Source: Bacilli bacterium
GTDB taxonomy: Bacteria > Bacillota_I > Bacilli_A > RFN20 > CAG-826
Length of the DNA: 64,000 nucleotides
Assembly (NCBI GenBank): GCA_016296775.1
Contig: JAEDIE010000003.1
Span: 127 to 64,126 of the forward strand
Direction of reading: 5' to 3'
Made by a program: the position numbers and the translations under genes. Shown here piece by piece: positions 53,032-64,000 of this stretch (within the stretch, counting starts at the first letter, position 1; the number at the start of each line of letters is the position of its first letter). The notes beneath the pieces are model-generated. The model was given only the letters and a program-made list of their open reading frames with translations. It did no database searches and was not told the origin of the DNA.

Positions 53032-54414
53032 ATGAGTCAAGAAAGAGAATTAACTGTAAAAAAATTATATTTAAAACTTACTAATAACTCTTTAGAAGAT
53101 GGAAAAGAAGTAGTTTTAAGTGGATGGATTAGAAGTAATAGAGACAATGGAAGCGTTGGTTTTATTGCTTTTAACGATGGAAGTAATTTTAAAGATATTC
53201 AATTAGTTTATACAAAAGAAACTAAAAATTATGAAACAATTAGAACTTTTAGATATGGTTCAACAATTAAAGTTTTTGGATTGGTTAAGTTAACTCCTGA
53301 AAATAAACAACCTTTTGAAATTCAATTAACTGATGCAATTTTATTAAATGATTATGCAGAAGATTGCCCACTTCAAAAGAAAAGACAATCTTTTGAATTT
53401 CTTAGAGATATTGCTTATTTAAGGCCAAGAACAAATACATTTAATGCTGTTTTTAGAGTTAGAAATGTTTTAGCTTATGTAATTCATAAATATTTCCAAG
53501 AAAACGGATTTATGTATGTTCATACTCCAATTATTACAAGCAATGATGCTGAAGGAGCTGGACAAGTTTTTCATGTAGCTAGTGACCTTAAAAAACCTAA
53601 TGAATTCTTTAATTCTAGTGCTTGTTTAACTGTTAGTGGTCAACTTCATGTTGAAGCTTTTGCACTTGCTTTTAGAGATGTTTATACATTTGGTCCTACA
53701 TTTAGAGCCGAAAATTCTAATACAACAAGACATGCTAGTGAATTCTGGATGATTGAACCTGAAATTGCCTTTGCTGATCTTGAAGATGATATGAATTTAA
53801 TGGAATCTTTCTTAAAATACATCATCAATTATGTTTTAGAAAATTGTAAAGATGAGATGGAATTCTTCAATACATTTATTGATAAAACATTATTTGATAA
53901 ATTACATAATGTTTTAAATACTCCATTTAAGAGAGTTACATATACAGAAGGTATTGAATTATTAAAAGAAGCAGTTAAAAATGGTAAAAAATTCGATTAC
54001 AACAATATTGAATGGGGAATGGATCTTCAAAGTGAACATGAAAGATATTTAACTGAAGAAGTTGTTAAAGGACCAATGTTCTTAACAGATTTCCCTAAAG
54101 AAATTAAAGCTTTCTATATGAAACAAAATAGTGATGGTAAAACTGTTGCAGCTTGTGACCTTTTAGTTCCAGGTGTTGGTGAAATTTGTGGTGGAAGCCA
54201 AAGAGAAGAAAATTATGAAGTCTTAAAAGCTAAGATGGAACAACTTGGAAATGAAAAAGGCCTTGAATGGTACTTAAATTTAAGGAAATATGGTGGATGT
54301 ATCCATTCAGGTTTTGGTCTTGGATTTGATAGATTAATTATGTATATCACAGGTATTTCAAATATTAGAGATACTCAACCTTACCCAAGAACTCCAGGAA
54401 GCTTAAGGTATTAA
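53032..54414 (+). CDS. asnS: Asparagine--tRNA ligase
   Basis: OB-fold N-terminus and class IIb motifs FRAENSNTTRHASEFWMIEPE, GGSQRE and GFGLGFDRL. Confidence 0.92.
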   Translation: MSQERELTVKKLYLKLTNNSLEDGKEVVLSGWIRSNRDNGSVGFIAFNDGSNFKDIQLVYTKETKNYETIRTFRYGSTIKVFGLVKLTPENKQPFEIQLTDAILLNDYAEDCPLQKKRQSFEFLRDIAYLRPRTNTFNAVFRVRNVLAYVIHKYFQENGFMYVHTPIITSNDAEGAGQVFHVASDLKKPNEFFNSSACLTVSGQLHVEAFALAFRDVYTFGPTFRAENSNTTRHASEFWMIEPEIAFADLEDDMNLMESFLKYIINYVLENCKDEMEFFNTFIDKTLFDKLHNVLNTPFKRVTYTEGIELLKEAVKNGKKFDYNNIEWGMDLQSEHERYLTEEVVKGPMFLTDFPKEIKAFYMKQNSDGKTVAACDLLVPGVGEICGGSQREENYEVLKAKMEQLGNEKGLEWYLNLRKYGGCIHSGFGLGFDRLIMYITGISNIRDTQPYPRTPGSLRY

Positions 54415-54416
54415 TT

Positions 54417-54656
54417 ATGGAAGAAAATAAAGATTATCAAATTAGTAGAGTAGATGATACTAAAAAGGAAGAAACTCCTTTAAATACTGTTACTTCCAAA
54501 AAAGAAGAGAGTGAAGAAACAAATAAAAATGAGGAAGAAAAGAAGCTTTCTACCTCAAGATTATTTGTATTATTTGTAATTTTAGATTGTATTTTAGGAA
54601 TTTTCTTAATCGCTGAACTTATTTGGTTATTTATAGATTTCTTTACTAAAGGTTAA
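54417..54656 (+). CDS. Small tail-anchored membrane protein (79 aa)
   Basis: Charged E/K-rich N-terminus and a single C-terminal TM helix (LFVLFVILDCILGIFLIAELIWLFI). 2 nt after asnS. Confidence 0.5.
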   Translation: MEENKDYQISRVDDTKKEETPLNTVTSKKEESEETNKNEEEKKLSTSRLFVLFVILDCILGIFLIAELIWLFIDFFTKG

Positions 54657-55393
54657 TTAGTTTTAGTAACTTGATTTGAATTATTTTGACTACTTTTATT
54701 GTCTAATTTGGCAGGTAAAGTAGTCTTTTCTTTATCATCCAATATTGTTGAATTAACAGTATTTATGAAATGCATTAAATCGATATCATCAAGATTCTTT
54801 GTAAACATATTTAATGCAAGTTTTCTAATTCTAAATTTTCTTGCTAAGTATCCTTGAACTTCAAAGAAGTAATAGCAAATTCCAACAAATAAAATTGAAA
54901 TTGTAACTAAACTCATAATTCCATACCAAAGTGGAAATTCATCAAAAGGAAGATCTGCATAAACATTTGAAAAATCAAAACCAAATGGAGGGAAGTAAAT
55001 AAAATCACCTTTCCAAGGGAAGATGGTTCTTCCAAAAATATAAAACATTGAAACATATTGATTTCCATTTAATTTTAATAAAATAGAGATAGAAACAACG
55101 TAACAAAGCAAAGATAATAACATGATAAAAATAGCTGGAATTGCATGTTTGAAGAAATAAACTCTAGATTTATAATTTGCAATTCTTTTGAAATCTTTTT
55201 CGTTATTTACAACTTTACTTAAAATCAATTTAGACATTAATTTATCAACTCTTTTTTGTTGATTCTTAATTATTACTTGAATTAAACGACCAATTAAACC
55301 GAAGATAAAAAAGATGCTTAATAAAATTACAAGTATGGTTAATATAACTTTCCAAAAAGTGGAATCTGTAAATTTCTTTGCTTCGTTATTCAT
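54653..55393 (-). CDS. Hypothetical polytopic membrane protein
   Basis: Four hydrophobic segments. Overlaps the upstream gene 55386..55775 by 8 nt. No motif recognised. Confidence 0.6.
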   Translation of the reverse strand: MNNEAKKFTDSTFWKVILTILVILLSIFFIFGLIGRLIQVIIKNQQKRVDKLMSKLILSKVVNNEKDFKRIANYKSRVYFFKHAIPAIFIMLLSLLCYVVSISILLKLNGNQYVSMFYIFGRTIFPWKGDFIYFPPFGFDFSNVYADLPFDEFPLWYGIMSLVTISILFVGICYYFFEVQGYLARKFRIRKLALNMFTKNLDDIDLMHFINTVNSTILDDKEKTTLPAKLDNKSSQNNSNQVTKTN

Positions 55394-55775
55394 CTTTATT
55401 ACCTTCTATATATCCACTTGGTTCGTTGCTTTCAATTACTTTTGTCAAATCTACTGGATTTAGTGGTTTATCGTTATTCTTATTAATATTAATTTGATTG
55501 TAAGTGTTGTTATATGTAACATTTGAAGAATTAACTGTTTGTGCTTGAGGTTGCATATTGTTAATTCCGTTCTTTAAAATTTCTTCAGCTTTTAAATCTT
55601 CTTCTAATATTAAAGAATATTTTTTGCCTTTAAAGAAAAGAACAATTCCTTTAATTGACATAAAAATAAATACAAATAATAGGTAAATACCATATAAGAC
55701 TAATCCTACAAGGATGAATGGTAATCCTAAAAAGAAGAGTAAACCTTCACCAAATATCTTAAGAAAATCTAACAT
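55386..55775 (-). CDS. Hypothetical membrane protein with an N/Q-rich tail
   Basis: Two N-terminal TM helices and a low-complexity C-terminus (NSSNVTYNNTYNQININKNN). Confidence 0.55.
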   Translation of the reverse strand: MLDFLKIFGEGLLFFLGLPFILVGLVLYGIYLLFVFIFMSIKGIVLFFKGKKYSLILEEDLKAEEILKNGINNMQPQAQTVNSSNVTYNNTYNQININKNNDKPLNPVDLTKVIESNEPSGYIEGNKDE

Positions 55776-55911
55776 AATTATATTTTATTAAAGAAATTCA
55801 TAAAATAAAAGTACTATATATTTTTATTGAACTTTAACTTATAAAAATATTAAAAATATTTTTAAAAAGTAATAAAAGATATAGTACAAATTTGATATAA
55901 TTATTTTTACT

Positions 55912-58122
55912 ATGGATTTAAGAAATGAATTGAATGATAAACAATATGAAGCAGTCACCAATGACAGTCAATATTTAAGAATTATTGCTGGAGCAGGTAG
56001 TGGAAAAACCAGAGTTTTAACATATAGAATTGCTTATTTAATTAAAGAAAAGCATGTTTTTCCTAGTCAAATTCTTGCAATTACTTTTACAAATAAAGTT
56101 GCAAAAGAAATGTCTGATCGTGCTTCTAAATTAATTAGTAGTTTTGATCCTGTAAGATTAAATATATATACTTTCCATGGTTTTTGTTCTAGATTTTTAA
56201 GAAGCGAAATTGATGTTTTAGGTATTAGTAGAAACTTTATTATTTTAGATGAGGAAGATAAAAGTAAAATTATTAAAAACTTATTATCTGAAAAAGGTTA
56301 TAAAAAGAGCGACCCTTTATTTGAAGATATCAATAATTTTATTGATTATCATAAAACAAAAGGTGAATTACCATCAGATTTTACTATTGATGAAACTAAT
56401 CCTAAATTAAAAATATTATATGAATTCTTTTGTGATTATGAAGTGGCAAAAGGAACTATGTTTGCATTAGATTTTGATGATTTATTAATTTATACAATTA
56501 AAGTTTTGACTTCTTTCCCTCATGTAAGAGAAAAATATATTCAAAGATTTAAACACATTTTAATTGATGAGTTTCAAGATACAAACAACATTCAATATAA
56601 ATTATTAAAGCTTTTAAGTGGAGAAGAAACTAATATTTATATCGTTGGTGATCCAGATCAAACTATTTATACTTGGAGAGGCGCTGATCAAAAAATTATT
56701 TTAGAAATTGAACATTATTTTTATCCAATGAAAACGATTATTTTGAATCAAAATTATCGTTCAACTCAACACATTTTAGATCATGCTAATGATTTAATAT
56801 CTCACAATAAAGAAAGAGTAAAAAAAGACTTATTTACAAAAAATAACGAGGGAAATGATGTAGAATTACGCTCGTTTTATGATAATCAACTTGAAGCAAA
56901 CTATGTTTCAAGAAAGATTCATGAATTAAAAATGAAAGATCCAACATTAAATTATAAAGATATTTGTATTTTATATCGTTCATCTTATTTAAGTTTACCT
57001 TTAGAAAAATCTTTTGCTAGAGACAACATTCCTTATGTTGTTTATGGAGGAATGAAATTCTATTCACGTAAAGAAGTTAAGGATTGTTTAGCATATTTTA
57101 GATTAGTAGTTTCATTAAAAGATGATGTTTCTTTTGAAAGAATTATTAATGTTCCAAGAAGAAAAATAGGTGAGAAAACAATACTTATTTTGAAAAATGA
57201 AGCTAAAAATAACAACCTTTCAATGCTTGAATATATTAGTGAAATTGATAAATATGATAGCGCAATTAAACCTTCAACTTTAGCTTCATTAATCTCGTTA
57301 TCTCAGAGAATTAATAATTTAAGAATTGAATTAAAGTTAAATTATGATTCATTTGATTTATCTTTAACTAGATTTTTAGAGGAGATTGGATATTTTAATT
57401 ACTTAATGGAAAGTGAAGAAGATAGTGATGATAGAATCAATAACGTTAGAGCTCTTTTAGATGATGTAAAAACATTCTTAAAAGAAAACCCAGAATCTAA
57501 ATTCATCGATTACTTAAATAATATTTCTTTATTAAGTGGGCAAGACGATATTAAGAATACCGATTCCGTCTCTTTAATGACTGTGCATACAGCAAAAGGA
57601 TTGGAATTTCGTATTGTTTTTGTAATTTCTTTATGTCAATTTATCTTTCCTAATAATAGAGCAATAACTGAAAGAAAAGATGGTTTAGAAGAAGAAAGAA
57701 GGCTTTGCTATGTTGCTTTTACTAGAGCCAAAGAAAATTTATTTGTAACTTACAATAAGTCATATAATTTTACGACTCAATCTTCAAATATTTCTTCTCA
57801 ATTTATTGAAGAAGCTAACCTTAAACCTAGTGAAAACTTAATTAAAAATCCAAATATTACTAATTCAGTTTTATATTCCTATAATTTAGGAAACAAAACT
57901 AATAATACAAGAAATGTTATTAACCAAAATAATAATGTTATATGCGTTAATCAACCTAATAGTAACAATATTAAGTGGAATTTAGGTGATCATTGTGTTC
58001 ATGAAGTTTTTGGTGAAGGGGAAGTAATTGATGTTAATGGTGATATTTTAACTGTTAATTTTACTAACGTTGGAGTCAAAAAGATGCTTGGAACACATTA
58101 TAAATTGAAAAAGAAGGATTAA
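55912..58122 (+). CDS. pcrA: ATP-dependent DNA helicase PcrA (UvrD family)
   Basis: LN..Q..AV, AGAGSGKT Walker A, DEFQDTN, YRS, MT.H.AKGLEF, and VAFTRAK. C-terminal Tudor-like GD.V.H..FGEG.V. Confidence 0.92.
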   Translation: MDLRNELNDKQYEAVTNDSQYLRIIAGAGSGKTRVLTYRIAYLIKEKHVFPSQILAITFTNKVAKEMSDRASKLISSFDPVRLNIYTFHGFCSRFLRSEIDVLGISRNFIILDEEDKSKIIKNLLSEKGYKKSDPLFEDINNFIDYHKTKGELPSDFTIDETNPKLKILYEFFCDYEVAKGTMFALDFDDLLIYTIKVLTSFPHVREKYIQRFKHILIDEFQDTNNIQYKLLKLLSGEETNIYIVGDPDQTIYTWRGADQKIILEIEHYFYPMKTIILNQNYRSTQHILDHANDLISHNKERVKKDLFTKNNEGNDVELRSFYDNQLEANYVSRKIHELKMKDPTLNYKDICILYRSSYLSLPLEKSFARDNIPYVVYGGMKFYSRKEVKDCLAYFRLVVSLKDDVSFERIINVPRRKIGEKTILILKNEAKNNNLSMLEYISEIDKYDSAIKPSTLASLISLSQRINNLRIELKLNYDSFDLSLTRFLEEIGYFNYLMESEEDSDDRINNVRALLDDVKTFLKENPESKFIDYLNNISLLSGQDDIKNTDSVSLMTVHTAKGLEFRIVFVISLCQFIFPNNRAITERKDGLEEERRLCYVAFTRAKENLFVTYNKSYNFTTQSSNISSQFIEEANLKPSENLIKNPNITNSVLYSYNLGNKTNNTRNVINQNNNVICVNQPNSNNIKWNLGDHCVHEVFGEGEVIDVNGDILTVNFTNVGVKKMLGTHYKLKKKD

Positions 58123-60437
<2,315 letters not shown>

Positions 60438-60442
60438 TATAT

Positions 60443-61915
60443 ATGAATTATTTAGATTTGAATATAGAAGAAATACATTTAGCCCTTGTAGAAAAGAAAG
60501 TTACTTGTTTAGAGCTTGTTAAAGAAGCTTTAAAAAGAGCTAAAGAAGATACAAATAACGATTTTGAAATTATTTTAGAAGAAGAAGCTATTCAAAAAGC
60601 TGTTGAATTAGATAAAAAAGATTGTCCAAAAGATAATATTTTCTATGGAATTCCTTATTGTGCTAAAGATAATTTTTCTACAAAAGGATATGAAACAACA
60701 GCAAGTAGTAATATTTTAAATGGATATGTTCCTCTTTTTGATGCTACTGTAATTAAATTATTAAACGAAAAGAATGCTATTTTAATAGCAAAAACAACAT
60801 TAGATGAACTTGCAATGGGTGGAACTGGAACAAGTGGTCATAAAGGAATTACTTTTAATCCATATAAAAATGATCACACAACCTTAATTGGTGGATCCAG
60901 TTGTGGAAGCTGTGCAGCAGTTGCTGCTTCAATTGTTCCTTTTGCTTTGGGAAGTGATACTGGAGATTCAGTTAGAAAACCAGCATCATATGGAGGATTA
61001 GTTGGTTTTAAACCTACTTGGGGATTAATCTCAAGATTTGGTTTATTCCCATTTGCTCCTTCTTTAGATCATGTAGCTTACTTTACACGTAGTGTTAAAG
61101 ATGCTTCTTATGCTTTAGATTTATTATCAGTTCATGATGATAATGATTACACTTCTTATAGAAAAGAAAGAAATTCAGTTTTATTTGATGAAAATAATAT
61201 TTCTACTTCTAAGAAAGTTGGTATATTAAAAGAAGTATATGATTCAATTGATGATGAAACATTAAAAACATCATTTGATAAATTAGTAAATAAGTTAAAA
61301 GAAGTGGGATATACAGTAGATTTTGTATCAATTGATAAAAAATTATTATCTAGTATTTATCCTGCTTATATTGTTATTTCTAGTGCAGAAGCTACAAGTA
61401 ATAATGCTAATTTAGATGGAATTAAGTTTGGTCCATATTATGATGGAAAAACTTATCAAGAAGTTATGATTAATGCTAGAACCAATGGTTTTTCCTCATT
61501 AATTAAACGTAGATTTGTTTTAGGAAGCTATGCATTAATGAAAGAAAACCAGGAAGAAGTATTTAAAAGAGCCCAAAAGGTTAGACATTTAATTGTAAAT
61601 AGAACAAATGAGATATTTAATGATTATGATTTTATCATTGGTTTAGCTGCTCCTTCCGTTGCTAAAAAGGTTGGAGAAGTAAGTGAACAACTGAGTGATA
61701 AATATTTAATTGCTGATAACTATTTAGCTATTGGAAACTTTGGAGGATTCCCTTCAATTACTCTTCCTTTAGGATTTAAAGACGGTCTCCCATTTGGTGT
61801 AAATTTAACTTCTAAACCATATAGTGAAAAACAATTATTTGAGATTTCTTATAAAATTGAAGAAATTACTGGTTTAAGAAATCTAAGTGTAAATAATAAA
61901 AAGGAGGGCTTATAG
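60443..61915 (+). CDS. gatA: Asp/Glu-tRNA amidotransferase subunit A
   Basis: Amidase signature GGSSCGSCAAVAA...GSDTGDSVR.PAS.GG.VG.KPT.G..SR.G. Confidence 0.92.
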   Translation: MNYLDLNIEEIHLALVEKKVTCLELVKEALKRAKEDTNNDFEIILEEEAIQKAVELDKKDCPKDNIFYGIPYCAKDNFSTKGYETTASSNILNGYVPLFDATVIKLLNEKNAILIAKTTLDELAMGGTGTSGHKGITFNPYKNDHTTLIGGSSCGSCAAVAASIVPFALGSDTGDSVRKPASYGGLVGFKPTWGLISRFGLFPFAPSLDHVAYFTRSVKDASYALDLLSVHDDNDYTSYRKERNSVLFDENNISTSKKVGILKEVYDSIDDETLKTSFDKLVNKLKEVGYTVDFVSIDKKLLSSIYPAYIVISSAEATSNNANLDGIKFGPYYDGKTYQEVMINARTNGFSSLIKRRFVLGSYALMKENQEEVFKRAQKVRHLIVNRTNEIFNDYDFIIGLAAPSVAKKVGEVSEQLSDKYLIADNYLAIGNFGGFPSITLPLGFKDGLPFGVNLTSKPYSEKQLFEISYKIEEITGLRNLSVNNKKEGL

Positions 61916-61916
61916 T

Positions 61917-63341
61917 ATGAATTTTGAAGCTGTTATTGGTCTTGAAATCCATGTTGAGATGAAAACTAAGTCTAAAATGTTTTCAAGTGCTCCAATTGAT
62001 TTTAAAGCCGAACCAAATACTTTAATTGCTCCTTTGGATATGGCTTTTCCTGGAACAATGCCAATTGTTAATAAAGAAGCTGTAAGAAATGCAATACGAG
62101 TAGCAAATGCTCTTCATATGGAAATAGATCATGAATTATGGTTCGATAGAAAAAATTATTTTTATAGTGATCTACCAAAAGGTTATCAAATTACTCAACA
62201 AGATAGACCAATTGGTAAAGAAGGCTATCTTGAAATTGAAGTAGATGGAATTAAGAAAAGATGTGATATTGAAAGAATTCATATGGAAGAAGATACTTGT
62301 ATGCAACACCATTTTTCTTCATATTCTCTTTTAGATTACAATAGAGCTGGAATTCCATTAATTGAAATTGTTTCTAAACCAGTTTTAAGAAGTGGGGTAG
62401 AAGCAAGAAAATATGTTGAAAAAATTAGAGAAATTGTCACTTTTGCTAATGTTAGTGATGGAAAAATGGAGGAAGGAAGTCTTAGATGTGATGTTAATAT
62501 TTCTATTCGTCCTTATGGAGTTGATACTTTTGGAACAAAGGTAGAAATTAAGAATTTAAATTCATTAGCTCATATCGAAAAAGCTATTGATTTTGAAACA
62601 AAAAGACAATCTGAGTTACTTCTTTTAGGCAAGAAAGTTCAACAAGAAACTAGAAGATTTGATGAAGCTAAAAAAGAAACAGTTTTAATGCGTGTTAAAA
62701 CTGAAGCTGCAGATTATAAGTATTTTACTGAACCAAATATTCCTCCAATTAAAATTAGTGATGAATTCATTAATAATGCAATTGAAACATGTCCTGAATT
62801 GTATGATCAAAAGTTTGAAAGATTTATGAAGAATTATGCATTAAATGTTACAGATGCTCAAATTCTTTTATCAAACGTTGATTATGCAAATTATTATGAT
62901 AAATGTGCACTCTTTACAACTAATTATCAAAATTTAGCAAATTTCTTTATTAGTTCGATTTTAGGTTATTTAAATAAAAATGTAGTTGATATTAAAGATT
63001 TTAATGTCGAACCTAAATTTGTTGCTGAACTTGTTGATCTTTTAAAGAGTAAAGAAATTAACTCTACACAAGGTGCTGACATCTTTAATAAAATGGTTAA
63101 AGAAAATAAATCTCCATTAAAGATTAAAGAGGAAACTGGGGCAACATTAATTAGCGATGAAGTTAAGATTAGAGAATTAGTTTTGGAAGTTATAAAGCTA
63201 AACCCTACTCTTCCTAGCGATTTCAAAGCTGGAAAAACTAGAGCTCAAGGATTTGTCATGGGACAAATTATGAGAAAGACTGGTGGAAAAATAAATCCAG
63301 CGATTGCCAATAAAATTATTGTTGAAGAATTAAATAAGTAA
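61917..63341 (+). CDS. gatB: Asp/Glu-tRNA amidotransferase subunit B
   Basis: FEAVIGLEIHVEM, YFY.DLPKGYQI(T/S)Q, R.H.EED, and a C-terminal YqeY-like tail. Confidence 0.92.
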   Translation: MNFEAVIGLEIHVEMKTKSKMFSSAPIDFKAEPNTLIAPLDMAFPGTMPIVNKEAVRNAIRVANALHMEIDHELWFDRKNYFYSDLPKGYQITQQDRPIGKEGYLEIEVDGIKKRCDIERIHMEEDTCMQHHFSSYSLLDYNRAGIPLIEIVSKPVLRSGVEARKYVEKIREIVTFANVSDGKMEEGSLRCDVNISIRPYGVDTFGTKVEIKNLNSLAHIEKAIDFETKRQSELLLLGKKVQQETRRFDEAKKETVLMRVKTEAADYKYFTEPNIPPIKISDEFINNAIETCPELYDQKFERFMKNYALNVTDAQILLSNVDYANYYDKCALFTTNYQNLANFFISSILGYLNKNVVDIKDFNVEPKFVAELVDLLKSKEINSTQGADIFNKMVKENKSPLKIKEETGATLISDEVKIRELVLEVIKLNPTLPSDFKAGKTRAQGFVMGQIMRKTGGKINPAIANKIIVEELNK

Positions 63342-63350
63342 GGAAATCAT

Positions 63351-63387
63351 AGGGTTTTTGAAAAATATTCATAAAACCCTTTTTTTA
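63351..63387 (+). terminator. Rho-independent terminator after gatB
   Basis: AGGGTTTT / AAAACCCT stem with a 14-nt loop, followed by TTTTTTT. Confidence 0.75.
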
Positions 63388-63544
63388 ATGCATGTAAATT
63401 GTTTGTAAAAGTATAAATTTGTAGTAAAATCATATAGATTTACAACATCAATTTGAGTTATAGTTTTAATAACTAGATGTTGTAGTATTAATTAAATTAG
63501 CGTATTTGAACATTTTATATACATTAAGAATAGGAGGATTAAAT

Positions 63545-64000
63545 GTGAAATATAAAATTATAGTTGATAGTTCCTCAAATTTAACAAAGGATTATTTAAA
63601 AGATGATGAAGTTGGTTTTGATGTTGCTCCCTTAATATTAAATATTGCAGGAAAAGAGTATGTTGATGATGAAGTTGATAAAGTAGATGAAGTTTTAAAT
63701 GCGTTAAATTCTACAAAAGTAAAAGCAACATCAAGTTGCCCATCTACTGGCTGTTATTTAGAAAAAATGAGTGGAGCAACTTATTACATTGTTATAACTA
63801 TTACTGAAAAATTAAGCGGATCTTATAACAGTGCTTTAGTAGCTAAATCTATGCATGAAACACCTGAAAATGTCTTCGTTTTAGATTCAAAACTTGTGTG
63901 TGGAGCAATGAGAATTTTAGTTAATAAAGCAGTAGAATTTATTAAAAAAGGTATGTCTTTTGAAGATATTCAGGAAAACTTAACCAAAGAAAGAGATAAA
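63545..64000 (+). CDS. DegV family fatty-acid-binding protein, paralogue 4 (3'-truncated by the window)
   Basis: GTG start after TAGGAGG; the overlapping ATG at 63543 is followed at once by TGA. VKYKIIVDSSSNL..., TSCPS, and KLSGSYNSA are typical DegV motifs. The frame stays open to nt 64000. Confidence 0.85.
   Translation, partial: MKYKIIVDSSSNLTKDYLKDDEVGFDVAPLILNIAGKEYVDDEVDKVDEVLNALNSTKVKATSSCPSTGCYLEKMSGATYYIVITITEKLSGSYNSALVAKSMHETPENVFVLDSKLVCGAMRILVNKAVEFIKKGMSFEDIQENLTKERDK

Noticed and set aside
55800-55890. Inverted repeat GTACTATAT...ATATAGTAC and the palindrome AAAAATATTTTT in the pcrA divergent promoter region
   Set aside because: The arms are 9 nt and A/T-rich, separated by about 60 nt in A/T-rich DNA. 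That is compatible with chance, and I recognise no matching regulator motif.
63543-63548. ATG TGA at the start of the last degV, as possible evidence for UGA=Trp (code 4)
   Set aside because: Reading TGA as Trp gives MWNIKL and then a stop. The overlapping GTG frame gives a canonical DegV N-terminus. Many other genes end in TGA, and tRNA-Trp has anticodon CCA.

Overview
A 64 kb, about 30% GC, gene-dense and mostly plus-strand chromosomal segment. It looks like an anaerobic, wall-less or Mollicutes-like member of Bacillota/Mycoplasmatota (Acholeplasma/Anaeroplasma/RF39-like; the taxon is inference). The standard genetic code applies: many genes end in TGA, the only tRNA-Trp has anticodon CCA, and no ORF needs TGA read-through. 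I recognise these groups:
- Housekeeping blocks: pcrA-ligA-gatCAB, tsaE-tsaB-rimI-tsaD, asnS, proS, hpt, ung, and tRNA-Trp and tRNA-Gln.
- Fermentative and redox genes: rex-adhE, a [FeFe] hydrogenase, Fur/PerR-rubrerythrin, and an FMN flavoprotein.
- Partial galactose genes: galM-galK, with galE elsewhere.
- A TPP-riboswitch-controlled thiT-thiN thiamine salvage operon.
- An SPFH/NfeD pair and an orphan OmpR-family response regulator.
- A run of four predicted surface lipoproteins, including a 1104-aa BspA-type LRR protein.
- Four DegV/FakB paralogues.

The most unusual element is the tightly coupled operon fakB-fakA-plsX (3707-7205) followed by a four-gene carrier-protein module (7205-11249). 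That module has an Sfp-type phosphopantetheinyl transferase, an adenylate-forming enzyme fused to a carrier domain, a protein with two tandem HX4D acyltransferase domains, and a free ACP. No FAS, PKS or NRPS condensation enzymes accompany it. I propose it as an uncharacterised exogenous-acyl activation and double-acylation system.

Other points of interest:
- Two ORFs below the track cutoff: a 38-aa rubredoxin-like ORF and a 51-aa ORF.
- Two perfect cre boxes.
- A dispersed 3'-end-associated motif.
- A Cys-for-Ser alpha/beta hydrolase paralogue.
- A fully degenerate GGDEF-EAL-like membrane protein.
- A ThiT with a 165-aa N-terminal membrane extension.

I saw no rRNA, CRISPR array, transposase, integrase or recognisable defence system. 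All family assignments come from motif recognition by eye, not database searches.
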